From NCBI GenBank assembly GCA_000934665.2, contig KZ538461.1, forward strand, positions 1-64,000: a DNA stretch of 64,000 nucleotides, read 5' to 3'. Position 1 is the first letter of the stretch; each line of letters opens with the position of its first letter. Made by a program: the position numbers and the translations under genes. Under the pieces are notes generated by a model. It was not told where the DNA came from. It saw nothing but the letters and a program-made list of their open reading frames with translations, and did no database searches. Positions 13,101-25,700 of this stretch are shown here, piece after piece. Origin of the DNA: Catajapyx aquilonaris (Eukaryota).

Positions 13101-13435
13101 CAATAATGAAAGATGGCTGGCGTATTGTATTTGACTTCGACTTAGTACCAAGAGAACTGGAGTTCTTTGATGCTGCTATGGAAGCATTTTTTGTTGATGG
13201 CCCTTTCCTGCAAGATATGCACCTTTGTCGTTTCCCTGAACAAGATAAAATGGTTGCATTCAAGGACAAAATGATGTACCAGTATGATGATGAACACCGT
13301 GAGTTGGGCCTGCAAAAAAAGTTGGTGCCTGAAGACCACCTGCAGAAAACCATCTTGAAACATTTTCCCAACCTGTGTAAAGACGATGTTGCAAAAGCAC
13401 TTGAGCACTACCTGAAAGTATGGGACAGCAAATAA
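5707..13435 (+). CDS. NAT: Arylamine N-acetyltransferase (NAT family)-like protein, 297 aa, 3 coding exons: 5707-5859, 7418-7819, 13097-13435
   Basis: All junctions are GT-AG and phase 0 (CAA|gtaagg, tttcag|ACC, ACG|gtgagg, tttcag|CCT). Motifs: IPFQTI (cf. IPFENL), KGGVCIDLN (catalytic Cys, cf. RGGWC), FTHVMVLV (His) and FLVDVGCG (Asp). The length is typical of NATs. Confidence 0.85.
6470..7231. mobile_element. TA-flanked foldback/MITE with long terminal inverted repeats (Tc1/mariner-type) in NAT intron 1
   Basis: TA-cgtgggttgattaataagt ... acttattaatcaacccacg-TA; the arms stay complementary for about 300 bp (6470-6770 vs about 6930-7231). Confidence 0.85.
8511..8763. mobile_element. hAT (Charlie-like) MITE
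   Basis: The right end aaggttggaaaccactg is the reverse complement of a CAGTGGTTTCCAACCT TIR. The element is flanked by 8-bp gtctagac at 8503-8510 and 8764-8771. The left TIR is degenerate. Confidence 0.65.
10084..10440 (-). mobile_element. tRNA-derived SINE with (AAT)n tail
   Basis: The minus-strand head has A box TGGTCTGGTGG and B box GGTTCAAATCC. The (att)n tail lies at 10099-10162. The 15-bp TSD is cgaaacatgtctatt (10069-10083) / cgaaacatatctatt (10441-10455). Confidence 0.85.
10891..11230. mobile_element. Palindromic hAT-type MITE
   Basis: cagcccccagtca...tgactgggggctg, self-complementary over nearly its whole length; 8-bp TSD gcctagca (10883-10890) / gcctaaca (11231-11238). Confidence 0.85.
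11435..11845. mobile_element. Mariner transposase 3' remnant, duplicated in inverted orientation
   Basis: The minus strand encodes LPRPPYSPGLAPSNSQLFGSMKNP (mariner HPPYSPDLAPSD motif). 11440-11599 and 11665-11840 are diverged reverse complements. Confidence 0.7.
12763..12873. mobile_element. PIF/Harbinger-like MITE
   Basis: gggccggtttcaccaagcccagttttgataa ... ttatcaaaaccgggctcggtgaaactggccc, with a 3-bp TSD (tca). Confidence 0.7.
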
Positions 13436-13754
13436 TGAAAAGTATGTTTTTATTTCCCCATCACACAGTTCTAGTTTCACCATGAGTATATGAATCTTGA
13501 TTCACTCTTGGTATCATATTTAATATATTTAGGACATGACACATGACTAGAATGTTAACTTCAGACTCCCCCTACTATATCGCCTTTTGTCAACTGCATG
13601 ATATGAAACCCAACAACCAAGCAGGTGCAGCACTTTGGCACTTTCTGCACTGCCTTCTCAAAATATAATGGGGAATAATGGAGGAAGGCACCAGTGCAAA
13701 GAGGGCACAAGTGCCGCTTTTTCAACAGCGTCCAGCGCTGGTGATCAGTAAAGT

Positions 13755-16700
13755 TTACAAGTACATTCCATTGACTAAATAGTCGGCATCATGCGCATAA
13801 GGCGATCTTCCATTCCTCAATAGTCGTCTTCTCACTGCCCTCAAGCGACAGCCAACCAGAACTAGGAGTATAGCGGTGATGGATAGGCCTACAAAAATGT
13901 GACAGTCAGTTAAAGTATATTGATTTCATGCAACAATGTAATCATACCAAGAGTTAGAGCAAGTACAGCCCCACTTGACTGTGATGCTTCTGCTGTCTCG
14001 ACTTCCACCTGAGCAAGACTGACATGAAGTTGACTTATCCCAGCAAGGTGTTGCACTGGTTTGGGCACTTTGGATGTGGTCACCATATCATCTGTAGGTC
14101 AATAAGTCATGTTACATCACATTTCAGAGGCAATGGACACAATCTCTGGATTATTAGGGATTAGGAATGGATAGGACCAAGGGGTAGCCACTTACTGAGA
14201 GTGAGGGATTATGCAAAAGCAAGTGGAAAAAAGGACAAATGTGATGAAATTTTGTAGGTGCAGGTGTATGTATGAAAGCAGATTTATTGAGTTATTCTAT
14301 TATGCAAATAATGTAATAGTAGCTAATCTTATTTAAAGGAGAAAAGAAGTGTTGAAGGATTGCTATTGTTGTGCACCACAATAAATTTTAGTGGAGGTTG
14401 TTCCTAACAGTATATGAAAAAGTGAAACTCGTGTTTTTTCAAGTGTTCGTTCGTGGAGTCGTGAATATATCTGTGATTGAAAGTCTGCAATTTATTTGCA
14501 ATATTTTGGCTTTTCAAATGGCCACTGATGGTGCTAGAAACCTTCTAGGATTTTTATGTCAATGGTATCCGATTTCAAATTTTTGGGAGTCACATAATCT
14601 GAAAGGTAATGAAATTGGCATTTTCAAATATTCATTTTTACCATAGAAATAAATCAAATAAAAATTTGGAAAGGCTCTCAGTGCCTCTTGGGCCCATTGT
14701 AAAAGCCAAAAAATATTGCAAATTAGCGAGTTTCAAGCCCTGATTTTCACAACTCAGAACATATTACAGTAAAACTTCTATAAGTCGAATCTCCCTGGGA
14801 CTGGGAAAAAACTTCGAGTTATAGAAGATTCGAGTTAGAGAAGTTTGGATTTTTAAAAGCACATAACTCTACGTATAAGGAAACCTACCTATTTATATCC
14901 AGCGATGAAAGGTGTTCATAACTTGAAAATAACTGTCACTATCACACTTACAATGTTCCTCATTGTTTTGTTGTGAAATAATGTCATTTATGAACATTTG
15001 CCTACTCTTATATTCAAGAATTCAATTGTCACAATCGAGTCAAACACTTCTTTGGTTACGTCTGGTAGACGGAGATCAGGAAATTGAGCCTTTCTGTGCA
15101 TGTGGCCTATACTCTCGACACTTCGGCTGGGAAATGAGAAAATTTTCCTTAGTCGCCAACATGAACTTCGACTTAGGGAGACTGAAAATGCATTGATATC
15201 CCATCGTAAGGCCCTGCCTGCACTTTGAGTTATGGAGAACTTCGAGTTATAGAAATTCGAGTTAGGGAAGTTTATTTCCTATTCTTTTACATTGTGACCA
15301 ACCAAACTCATCATTTTCTTCGACTTATAGAGAACTTCGACTTAAGGAAGTTCCACTTATAGAAGTTTTACTGTATATTATTTTAAAGCCTTTCATTAAA
15401 TAATTCCTAATTGCCCTTTACAATGTAATAAAGGAGAACTGTAGTAGGGTGATACCTGATAACTTTTTGAGTCAAGGAGGTAGAGTACTGAGGGGCAGGG
15501 GTTTCCATTCTCGAATTGCCATTTTTAGACACAACCCGATGGTCTGATGGAATACTGACGGATGGAACATAGGCTACTGGTATGCTACTACACCATTAAG
15601 CAAACATTGCACATTGTACTCCCAATTAGCTGTGTTGCGGATTAACCTTGCATCGCCAAAAAACAAGTTAGTAATGAAAGTCTGAGAGAATGTGAATATG
15701 TTTTGCAAACAAAGGTATATAACAGACTTTATCAAGAAGACAAACAAATTGTATGGTTAATTTTATTATTTTGATTAAACCTTATTTAAAGCAATATGTG
15801 CAATAGTTCATTAAAAACCTGTGAACAGCTCATTTTTATAGTAGCTAGGACCACTTTCAGATTATCCATGTTTTCAGATTTTCCGGACACACCTGTGCAT
15901 TCATCAGAAAGGATAATCAGGAGTACAGTGTATTTCAATAAATAACTGGAATAAATGGGTGGTATGCTGGTGTAATATTGGTAATGACGCAGTCTGAGGT
16001 CTGACTTTTGATTGGCAACAGAATTTATCCTGTGGCAAGATTTTGGATTGAATCTTACTGTGTTTTCCTGGGTTTCGTCGGTTTTCTCATCTTTCACCTC
16101 CTCTCATTCCTCTGATCATAATAATCAATTAACAGCAATGAAGTGATTAATAGTCAGGCATTGAAAAGGTCCTCTAAAGCTAAGGGGTCATATTCCTATC
16201 TTGGGATACACATTATTGTTTTATTTATCATTATTTTAAAAAGAGATAAGCTAAATGAGATAAACATATTTAAGAACTTTGTGGCCAATAAAGTACCTCA
16301 TGCATGCAGATCTGGCGTACTGATACAGTATAATGAGACTGGCTGATTATGAATCATGTAATCAATGCAGTGTTGGTGTATTTCATGATTGAGAAAAATT
16401 ATATGCCAAGCTTCAAGGTTGGATCTTGCATGTATAGCTTAAGTGCATTTTAAATGCATACCTTTCTGTTTCTTTCCAGAATGTGTATGAGCATGAGTAT
16501 GTGGATGCGCCTCAGGCTTCTTTGGTGTTGTGAGGACATCACCAGTGGTTGTCACTGGTGGTGCCACTGTCTGGGTCACCTTTTTGGAGTCCTGAAAAGC
16601 ACACAATTAATTTATATAACTCGCCATGACGGTTTCAGGATGAGTGTGCAGCACCTGCTACACAACAGGTAGGCCTAATATAATAATTCATACCCCGTTA

Positions 16701-19700
16701 TCAGCCTTTTTCGGCTCTTTAGGGGGGAAGTTTTTTTTTTGTCTGGAACTCTTTGCTTTCATTTTACTGCACTTTTTGGGATGGGATAGGGACGGAAGGA
16801 AGCGGCTGTGGCCTGTTAATTACGGAAACAACTCCGGAATTTTCCTGGAAGGACCGTGGGAAACCACAGAAAACCACGGTCAGAGTTGCCGGCCCCGGGA
16901 TTCGAACCCAGGACCTCCCGATTAGCAGTCGGACGCCTTATCCACTATGCCAACCTGCTTCGGTGGTAGGCCTAATATATAAATTACCAATTTTACAGCT
17001 TGGTGGTCTTGGATGTCATTGAGTTCTTAATCACTACCTGAATCACTGTGGTTGACTTCTAACGACTTCTAAGGATTAATTGACTGAAATTTTGTGTGAT
17101 TTATCGCAAGTGACTGTCAGATGTGAGAAAAGGCTTAGGCCAGCATTCCAGTATATGAGGGCTGTTCAAAAAAAAAACTAACTCTTTAAATAGGGCGTCA
17201 ACTGGCACAAAGATCGTATTGAGGCTACTGACAGCACCTAGTGACATGTCTTGACAACAAATTGCCATTGGCCACGTTCCTCTATGACCATTGGTCATCG
17301 AGATACATCCACTTAAGTGAGCACTTCGACAAGAGGTTCATCGAATTAGTGAGAAAGTGAAAATGAGATAGCTTGAAAAACAACGTGTTTGTGTGAAATT
17401 TCGCAAAAAAATTGGTACAAATTTTACAAAGACATTTCAATTGCTTTACCAAGGATACTTGGGAAGGGTCTCCTCAATCAAAAGAGTCACAGATCAGTCG
17501 GTCAAAGGTCAAGGTGATGTTGGTTGTGGTTTTGGATTGGAAAGAAGACATTTTTCTTTATGAATTTGGACCATATGTTGTCAGATTGGCAGCCAAACAG
17601 TGTTGTAGGGTAAACCGTACAGTGATGGCCCACTGCACCTTGGTTCTTTAAGAAATAGGCTGTGTAAATGACATAACATGAAGAAATGATCATGGTGTGA
17701 CACCTGTGGTCCCTTGCATGAACTAGGCCAAAAATCAGTCCACAGCGGGCATTGCAAGAGCAGTAATGGCATCTGACACAGAGACCTACTGGTCATGTTG
17801 GAATGCAGCTGGTAAATGTTAACTTTTTTCTTAAGGACTTTGCATTGTAAGTGCGTATCTGGTCTCATAAATATCCCGAAATCAATGTGAGGTACCGTAT
17901 ATGAAAGTATTGGTCTAGAGGTGCTTTATTGAAGCATGGGATTGAAACCAGTCCCTTTGTTCAAGAGTATGAATTCATTAGGATGGCCATGACTGTCCAG
18001 CATCTAATGACGTTTCATAGTGATGGCCATGCCATGGACATTATACTGTGTTAGGCTTTAAAAAATTGAATGCCACATATGTAGCCCTTGTGATCATGAT
18101 ACTTAAGTATCATGATCACAAGAGTAATTCTTGGAGAGATAAATGACAGCAATTATTTAGGAGGAAATACGCAGCAATAGCAAATCCACAGGCCTATCTT
18201 ATTGTCTGTAACGGCCAAAGCTTATTCTTGTATGTGACGAATACTTGCAAAATAAAATAATCAGTCATATTTCCTGTCAACCTGTACAGGCTTTTGAGTG
18301 GCTTTATGTCACATCAGTTAGGCCTACCTCCCTAATACCGATGGGGTCCCTATACTTTGGTCCCTACAGTAGAGAGACGACTATTATTTTGCTGCCACGG
18401 CCATCACTATCTTGACACCTGGCCATTACTATCTGGATGGGTGGCCATTACTGTCTTTTTGATAGGATATTTTGTGCATTTAAATATACATACACATTCT
18501 GATAGATTTGAGTGAATTTGATGCAATGTTAATGGGGACAACCTCAGTCATTAGAAAAATATTTTAGAACATCTACATGAAAAGAAAAGGTGAGAATATT
18601 CATGTATTACTGAGACCAATACACTAAACTGGCCATGACTGTATGGTTTACGTTACCCTACCAGAATGTTTTGAGTAGTGCGTTTGAGTGCTGCTGTGCC
18701 CAGGAAAGGCCTAAATTGTGGGAAAGCCAGACTTGGATATTGCATCATGGCAATGCGCCAGCTCACACATCGCTCCTCATCATCAGTTATCTGGCAAAAC
18801 ATCAGACATCCGTTGTGCCAATCTACCTTATTCTCCTGACTTGGCTCCAGCAGACTTTTTGCTATATTCAAAACTTAAAACCGATTTGAAATGGCGTCAT
18901 TTGCGAACCATAGAGGCGATTCAGGACAATGCGATAAGAGCACTGCACGCCATCACAGAAAGTGCGTTCCAGGAAGCATTACAACAATGGAAGAAAAAAT
19001 TAAAAACTGTCTATCGCCAGTAGAGGGAACTATTTTGAAGGGTACAGTGCTTAAAATGTTGCAAATTGAGCAATAGAGTCTGTATAGAAAAAGTTCATTT
19101 TTTTTTTTGAACAGTCCTCGTATGATGGTATGCTTGGTTTTTGCTTACATTTTTCCTGAACAAAAATGTTCAATGGCAATTATAATAACATTGGAGATGT
19201 GATAGTAGAGGCCAACCTCCTTCCTGCTGCAGTGAGTGGGAATGCAGTAAATCAATCAAATCAACTTTTTATTCAGCTTCCCTCCTGAGGTTTATTGAAC
19301 TGGGGGAGCTTGCCTACCAAAATACCGGGTCTAGTCATGAAGGATTGCTCCTGAAAATCACAACTTTTGTGACAAAATATTACCTTTCCATCCATACTGA
19401 GAAAGATTTATTTGTTATTAATGAGCACGAATTTTCTTTTATACTTCTGCAATATGTTTTACCTCCACGTTTGTAGATGTTCAATAGTAGTTGGAATTAG
19501 AATAGCTAATAATTTTTAAGGGAAGGAAGAAATTGTAACAATTACTCAATTTTGCACTGCCCATCTGGCTCCCTCAAGGTATACCTGCCCCCTGGTCAAC
19601 CTTGTTTTATACCTGCAGGGTAATACTTGTATTATAATGTGGTGGTATTTGCATTGATGTCATTCAGGTACACGAAATGATTAATTCAATTTATTATTAT

Positions 19701-22700
19701 CATGGAATCTATAGAATGGAAGTATCAAATTGAAATGTGTCATAAGTATCATGACATTTTATTTTACTATATGTTTGCAAGGTCATCGAACATACTGTAC
19801 CTTTTGTTTTTCTGGCTAAAATAAGGTACAGGATACAAAAGGTAGAGAAACACTTGCAAACCTGACACACATGTACCTTTATATATACCAGTATGCTCTA
19901 GATTGCTCCACCCTTAGTCGTGCAAAACTAGTTACGGTACATGAAGAGTTTGCCTCACATTAAAGAACACAATGCGAGCACACATGGCTATACCTGCCTG
20001 AGCCAGATATGAACAGACACAAAATACCCTATGTGTTCCAGGCACATGTGAGGAGATTTATATATAGGGTTGTAGTTGTTGTGCACACATGCAAGTGTGG
20101 ATCACTTGTGGTGGCCCTACTAAGCCATATCATGAGCCATATGTATTATAGCAACACTCAAAATAAATTATTTTCCATATAGTTAAGCATTAGTTGTGTT
20201 GCTGCATCTTCAGATAAGCAGAATTTAATATAAATTTAGGATAGGATAGAATATATTACAACCAACCTGAGTTTGATACTCTTGCTCCTTGTTTGTGTCC
20301 TTGAAGTCAGTCTTCCTTCCTGCATCTTGCCTATCGTATGGAACATGAATAACATGGTCTGGCGCAAGAGGCTTTCTTCCATCCAAAGGTCTTACGGGTG
20401 GCAAGTGAGAGTTGTAATATCCATTTCCTCTGTTCCGCCCTGTCTCATCATCATAGTAGTCTAGGGAAGCAAGTTCATATTGGGGCTCTGGATGGGGATA
20501 GTTGGGCAGACCCATCTTGGCCATGTGGTTTCCATTATGGTATAAGCTCTCTCCTATTCCACCTTCTCTTGGTGAACCTGAAAGTTTACAGATTACTTTT
20601 GCTACAGAGATGGAATTGTATAGGGTTATTCTACTGCATTACTGATGTGGAAGACTTTAGACTTTTATTTTGACAGTGTGGGTGGGTGGGTGTGTGTGTC
20701 TGTGTGTATGAGGGAGAGCAGGGGGGGGGGAGAGAAAAAGAGCGGGAAATCATTTCTAAAATGTGTAGGAAAACTGGAGGGAAATAAAACATTAATTTTT
20801 GCAATGTAAATACTGGATACATTTTATGAAATAAGGAGGTCAAATATTGCAGTAAAACTTGCAAGTAGATACAACACTAAGGAACTTATGGTATGTTAGT
20901 GGAATGACCCGCCAATATAATTATGATACTATAGCTTAGGCATTCTTCTGATAAGATATTTTACAGCGCCATCAACACTGCCTTGTGCGTGGCAATTATA
21001 TAGGCGAAGGAATCATTTAATAGATCTGTTATCTACCATAAAGCAATATCTATGGCCCAAGTCAACAACCATTGTTGGACAATCCACTCATTAAAGTTCA
21101 TCATAGATATTATATCTCATATGATGATGCATGCCATAGCTATTTATAAAGGCGGTAGTACACAGCACTATGATCGCTACGCAAATAATACCAAGGAAGA
21201 TTTGAGAGGAATTCCAAATAGAAGATTTCTTTCCAAATAGCAGTTATCATCGGAGGGTATCGCATCCCCCCCCCCCTCCTCAATGCCAAACCCACCTGAC
21301 ATCGTATAGAAAACTTTCCATTGTTTTACTACCTGCGGGCTTCAGGAAACTAAACTGTCTTTTTGAAGAGGTTAACTGCAGGACCTTGGAGCCTTCCTTT
21401 GTCCAAAGGTAAAAGAGTGGAAAGAAAGAGGCTTTCTGTGATAAGGCATAATTAGGAAGTGCTCACTTTTTTTTTCCTCATCTACAACTCGAGCTTTACA
21501 GGCAGCAAGACAATGGCTTTTGCCGCTTTTAATTTAAAATGGCGCATATACGTTACAGAGTCGAGGATCGAGGTGGGAATAATTTCACTCCCCGAGGCCT
21601 CTTTTGGGCGGTTCCTTTTCTTTCATCTCCGGATCTCCCTCCTGACTTACCCTGGGAACTGGGGGCGGAAGGCCTGCTCCACGAAGATGCTGGTCTAGGG
21701 TTGAAGAAGTTGTAGTTGGCATTCCCGTTAGCAGCAGCGCCCATGTATCCGTCTTCGCCAAGACGTTCGTAGTTGCCGTTCAGGTTGAACTGGTCTTGTA
21801 GGGGGCCTTCGTGAGCTGCTGCTCCTGCTGACGACGACGACGCTCCCAGAGGGCTGTAGACAGGGAAAGTACATTAAGCTGCTGCCCACTTGTTGGATTT
21901 GTTTTCCACACCCATATGCCGTTCTCAAGCCGACCACCATTTGTCATATAGCTCGGATTTTGGATGCTTCTGTTTGTTTTGTTTTGTTGTTTTTTTTGGG
22001 GGGGGAGGGGGGGGGGNNNNNNNNNNNNNNNNNNGGGGTCCTTTACTTATCATTCTCTTTTGGCGCGATGGCCGTGAGCAATGAGTGTGGCTAATTGTTG
22101 CAACTGGCTGCAAACGCCACGGTGGTGCTCTATAAACAAATGCCCTTGGTGGCCAAGTGACTGTGCAGGTTACTGTAGAAATACTACTAAGAACGTCATT
22201 TGCTAAAGCACGGCTTGGTTTGGCATTTCCGAGTTTATATAGCATTCGAGCATGCATCAAATAAAATTCATTTAAAGACATGGTACAGTTACAATTTCCC
22301 TATTATATACGTAAGGAAACGGCCGATTTCATGGAATGGCCAGGCTCCGAATAAATGAGTACTGTGATGATAAAAGACAAAGTGGATTCAACTAGGAACA
22401 AAGTAATAATAATCGGTAATGTGCCCTAAATAGAATGTAGGAGTTACGCCTGAAGGCACAAAGGTGTTGGGACCAAGGTGAACTCTATGCCTAGATCCAC
22501 TACCAAATGGCTCCAAAGGCTGGGTGTCCATTCAAGCGGCCAAAAATAATGACTCATTAGTCATTAGCCATGGGAAGATCCATTCCACTAGGTGTGACGA
22601 TAAAGGTCTCGTCAAACAGCCCCTAAGCAAGGTCTAATTAACTCACCTGGCATGCTTCGTTTCATAAGGATTGAATCGAAAGCCTTCCTCCATCAGGCCG

Positions 22701-25700
22701 CTGTGTTTGTGGGTGAAGATGTGGCTGCCTTGATCTGCGAACCAAAACGACCCCCTTTATTAGCCTTGGTTCTCTTCCTGTCTGTTGATCATCCCGCCCT
22801 CACTGACTTGGTATCTCCACAAGAACAATTAAGTGCAACATTTTTTGATTGAAATATATCCACCTGTGACGCTCCAACAGCAATAAAGGGCAGTTACAAT
22901 ACGGTGCTATGGTCAAAATCCAATATTAGCACTGACCATCATAAGCTGGTGCGCCATAACCACGAGGTGGCTGAAGAATCGAAGGTTGTTGCCTCTGGTA
23001 GTTGGACCACTGGTCCTCTAGTGCGGTTGATGGTATGACCCCCTCCCTGTTCAGGTAGGGAGATGGCGGCCTTTGTTCCACTTGTGGTCTCTGCTGCGGT
23101 GGCGATGGCGGCTGCTGAGGTAGAGGAACAGGTCTTCGGCGACCTTCACCACCTGGTTGCGGAGGAGGCTGTTGCTGTGGGGCAGGATTGAGGTACTTGA
23201 AGGCTTGGGACGCAGGCTTTGGCTGCTGAGAAGGATGTTGAGAACCGGAGTGCTGTTGCGGTGACGGGACGGAGCCATAGGGCTGTTGAGGTGCAGGCGG
23301 AGGCTGCAACGACTGTTGCGACTGGGGCTGTTGATGATGGGGTTGGTGTTGCTGAGGGCGCGGAAGGTGTGGTTGGGGCGATTGCTGTTGTGGTTTGGCC
23401 GGTTGGGCCAGAATGTAGGTCTCGTGGGGGTTCAGAGGACCTTCCTTAGATGTTGAGGATGGTAAGAGTCGAAGGTGAGGGACAGGACGGGGCGCTGGAG
23501 CTAACTCGGGATTGTTGATGCCGGGTGCCGGTGTCAGCACTGGAGCTGATGTCAAGTCTGTACAAAGTAGGAGGAGGATTATGTTATCGGTACCACCCCG
23601 ATATATATTTGGCCACAAGTACAAACACCCCCGACAACACGCTCAACTGACAGCCGTGCATGTTGCACTTCATGCTACCTTCCTCCGTTTCTAACCCGCA
23701 AAATTTCTGAAGACATCCAAGGGCGTGTCCAATGGCAGGCAGCCGATGCCAACAGGGTCGTACCCTGGTGCACAATAAATAGAAGTGTTCTCCCGATTCC
23801 TCACGCTTGCGAGACCAAGTATCTCACTGTGACATCCTGCGGGGTCAGGATCCGATGGTGTTATCCACCCCCCTTTCACCCTCACCTGCGCTCTACCTCA
23901 CCCCACCTTTTATTCCGTCCGCTGTACATTTTTGCTGCAATTGTCACGGTCTTGCTTCGTGACTGTACTAATGCATCCGCTCCCGTCGACATGTCATTCC
24001 CAAGTCATTCAACTTAAATGCGCGGCAGTCCACTGACTTCTTCAAACTATGCCAATTATTTCGGGCATTCAAAGATGCTGCGCTAATGGACGCGGCGATT
24101 TGGTCCCGTGTCCCTCGATGGACCCGTCTGGCTGAACTTCCGCAAACTGTGACGTAACGTCATTGTTATCATTGCGGAATAATTAAATTCCTTTATTAAC
24201 TCCTGCTCGGCTGTAATGGCATGCTGGCATTATGCAAATTTTCACTCACGCTCGGGAATCGTGGGCACCACCTTTTTGCGCTTATGCATTTATAATGCTA
24301 CTACCTGGCCCGGAAGGTAGGAAACGCCATTCTTGCATAGGGAAGAGATCGTGGGAGCTATGAGCCAAGTCAAAGAAACAAAAAAAAAAGAGAAGAAGAT
24401 GGGGAACGCCTGAGGTGTTGAATCTCGCAGGATGCTCGAAATGTATAGTGGAGCAATCATGCGAGGGTCGAACCAGGTCAGGGACTCAGAAGACGAATCT
24501 GTTTCTTGCAGGATACTCCCATCACGAGCAATCAAACTCGCCTATACTACTCACTCAGGAGTCACGTTTAGCTTTGGGTCATTATACGTTTAACCAAATA
24601 TTTCTGGAAAATACTGGGCCCCCTATCATTTGTTTGCGCTAATTGCTAGCAGATTAATGAAAGGACTTGGGTGGGATGCGAAATCATTAGCTGGTACGAG
24701 AGAAAGGTTTTGTGCAACTTTTATACTGCACAATATTGCTTGCTCAAAATCTTACATCATCACTTTGGATTAACTGGTTTGTGCGGATCAAGCAACGCGC
24801 CCAAATATTTCTCTCTTCAACTTGCTCCAGAGAGTCGCATCTAGGAGTTCATGGCATGATCGTGACCTCCATTTGCAATATCGCGATCTGAAAATTTGGC
24901 CTGATTAATATGCACCAGTTGGTAGCATCATATCAGCAATAAAAGCAATGGGACATCGCGACTTTTTTGATGAATGAGGCACTTTGTCTCTTTTTTTCTT
25001 ACAAGAGTGTAGCTGCTCAGCCCCCTGTTTCCGACCCTACGGAAGTTCAACATCATTAAACTGTGGAACTGTGGAACCTAAACCGGGATTGTCGAATTGG
25101 GTCAGGTGTCATGGGTAGGAGAAACAATAGCCCGCGCCTCTTTGAGACTTGGGGCAGAAACGGCACTCGGGATCGTATAAAACAGCGATGCTGCCCCATC
25201 GTGGTCCATGGGGAAGGAAGAAAGAGTAAGAAAAAAAGGGTCTCCTTTCCATCTCGCCAACCCTATACCGTTACCTCTCCTTTAGCGGTATCCCGATTGG
25301 CCTGGTTCCCTATACAGACGCAGGTCGTCTAAGAAGAAGAAGAAAAAATCATGGGAGGAAAATCATCAACACAGCATGACAATCATCGTCATTCGATGTA
25401 ATTGCTTCATGTCAGCTCAAGTTACGCCGATCTTGAGGATGACTACCAAGTTTTGGAAATCCCGAGGGGGAACACCCCAGGGCCAACCTTGAGTGTCGGT
25501 GGCACATTGTTGTCGCCATATTTTCTCCCCCTTCCGGAATACAAGTTGGAAAGTGGTCACGTCACGACCTTGTTCCAAAAAGGAGGCGGCAGCTTATTCA
25601 TGTATCTCCTCGATCAACCACGATCATCCTCTTTGGCCTCCATGTTGTGTGGCAATAACACACGCCGGGTTATTATTTATGAAGTATACATGGCCCGGGG

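Noticed and set aside
15786..16110. Possible extra LRP11-like exon(s) in the 103-aa minus-strand ORF
   Set aside because: The best acceptor in the required phase gives an immediate stop, and exon 16591-16462 joins exon 14091-13948 cleanly.
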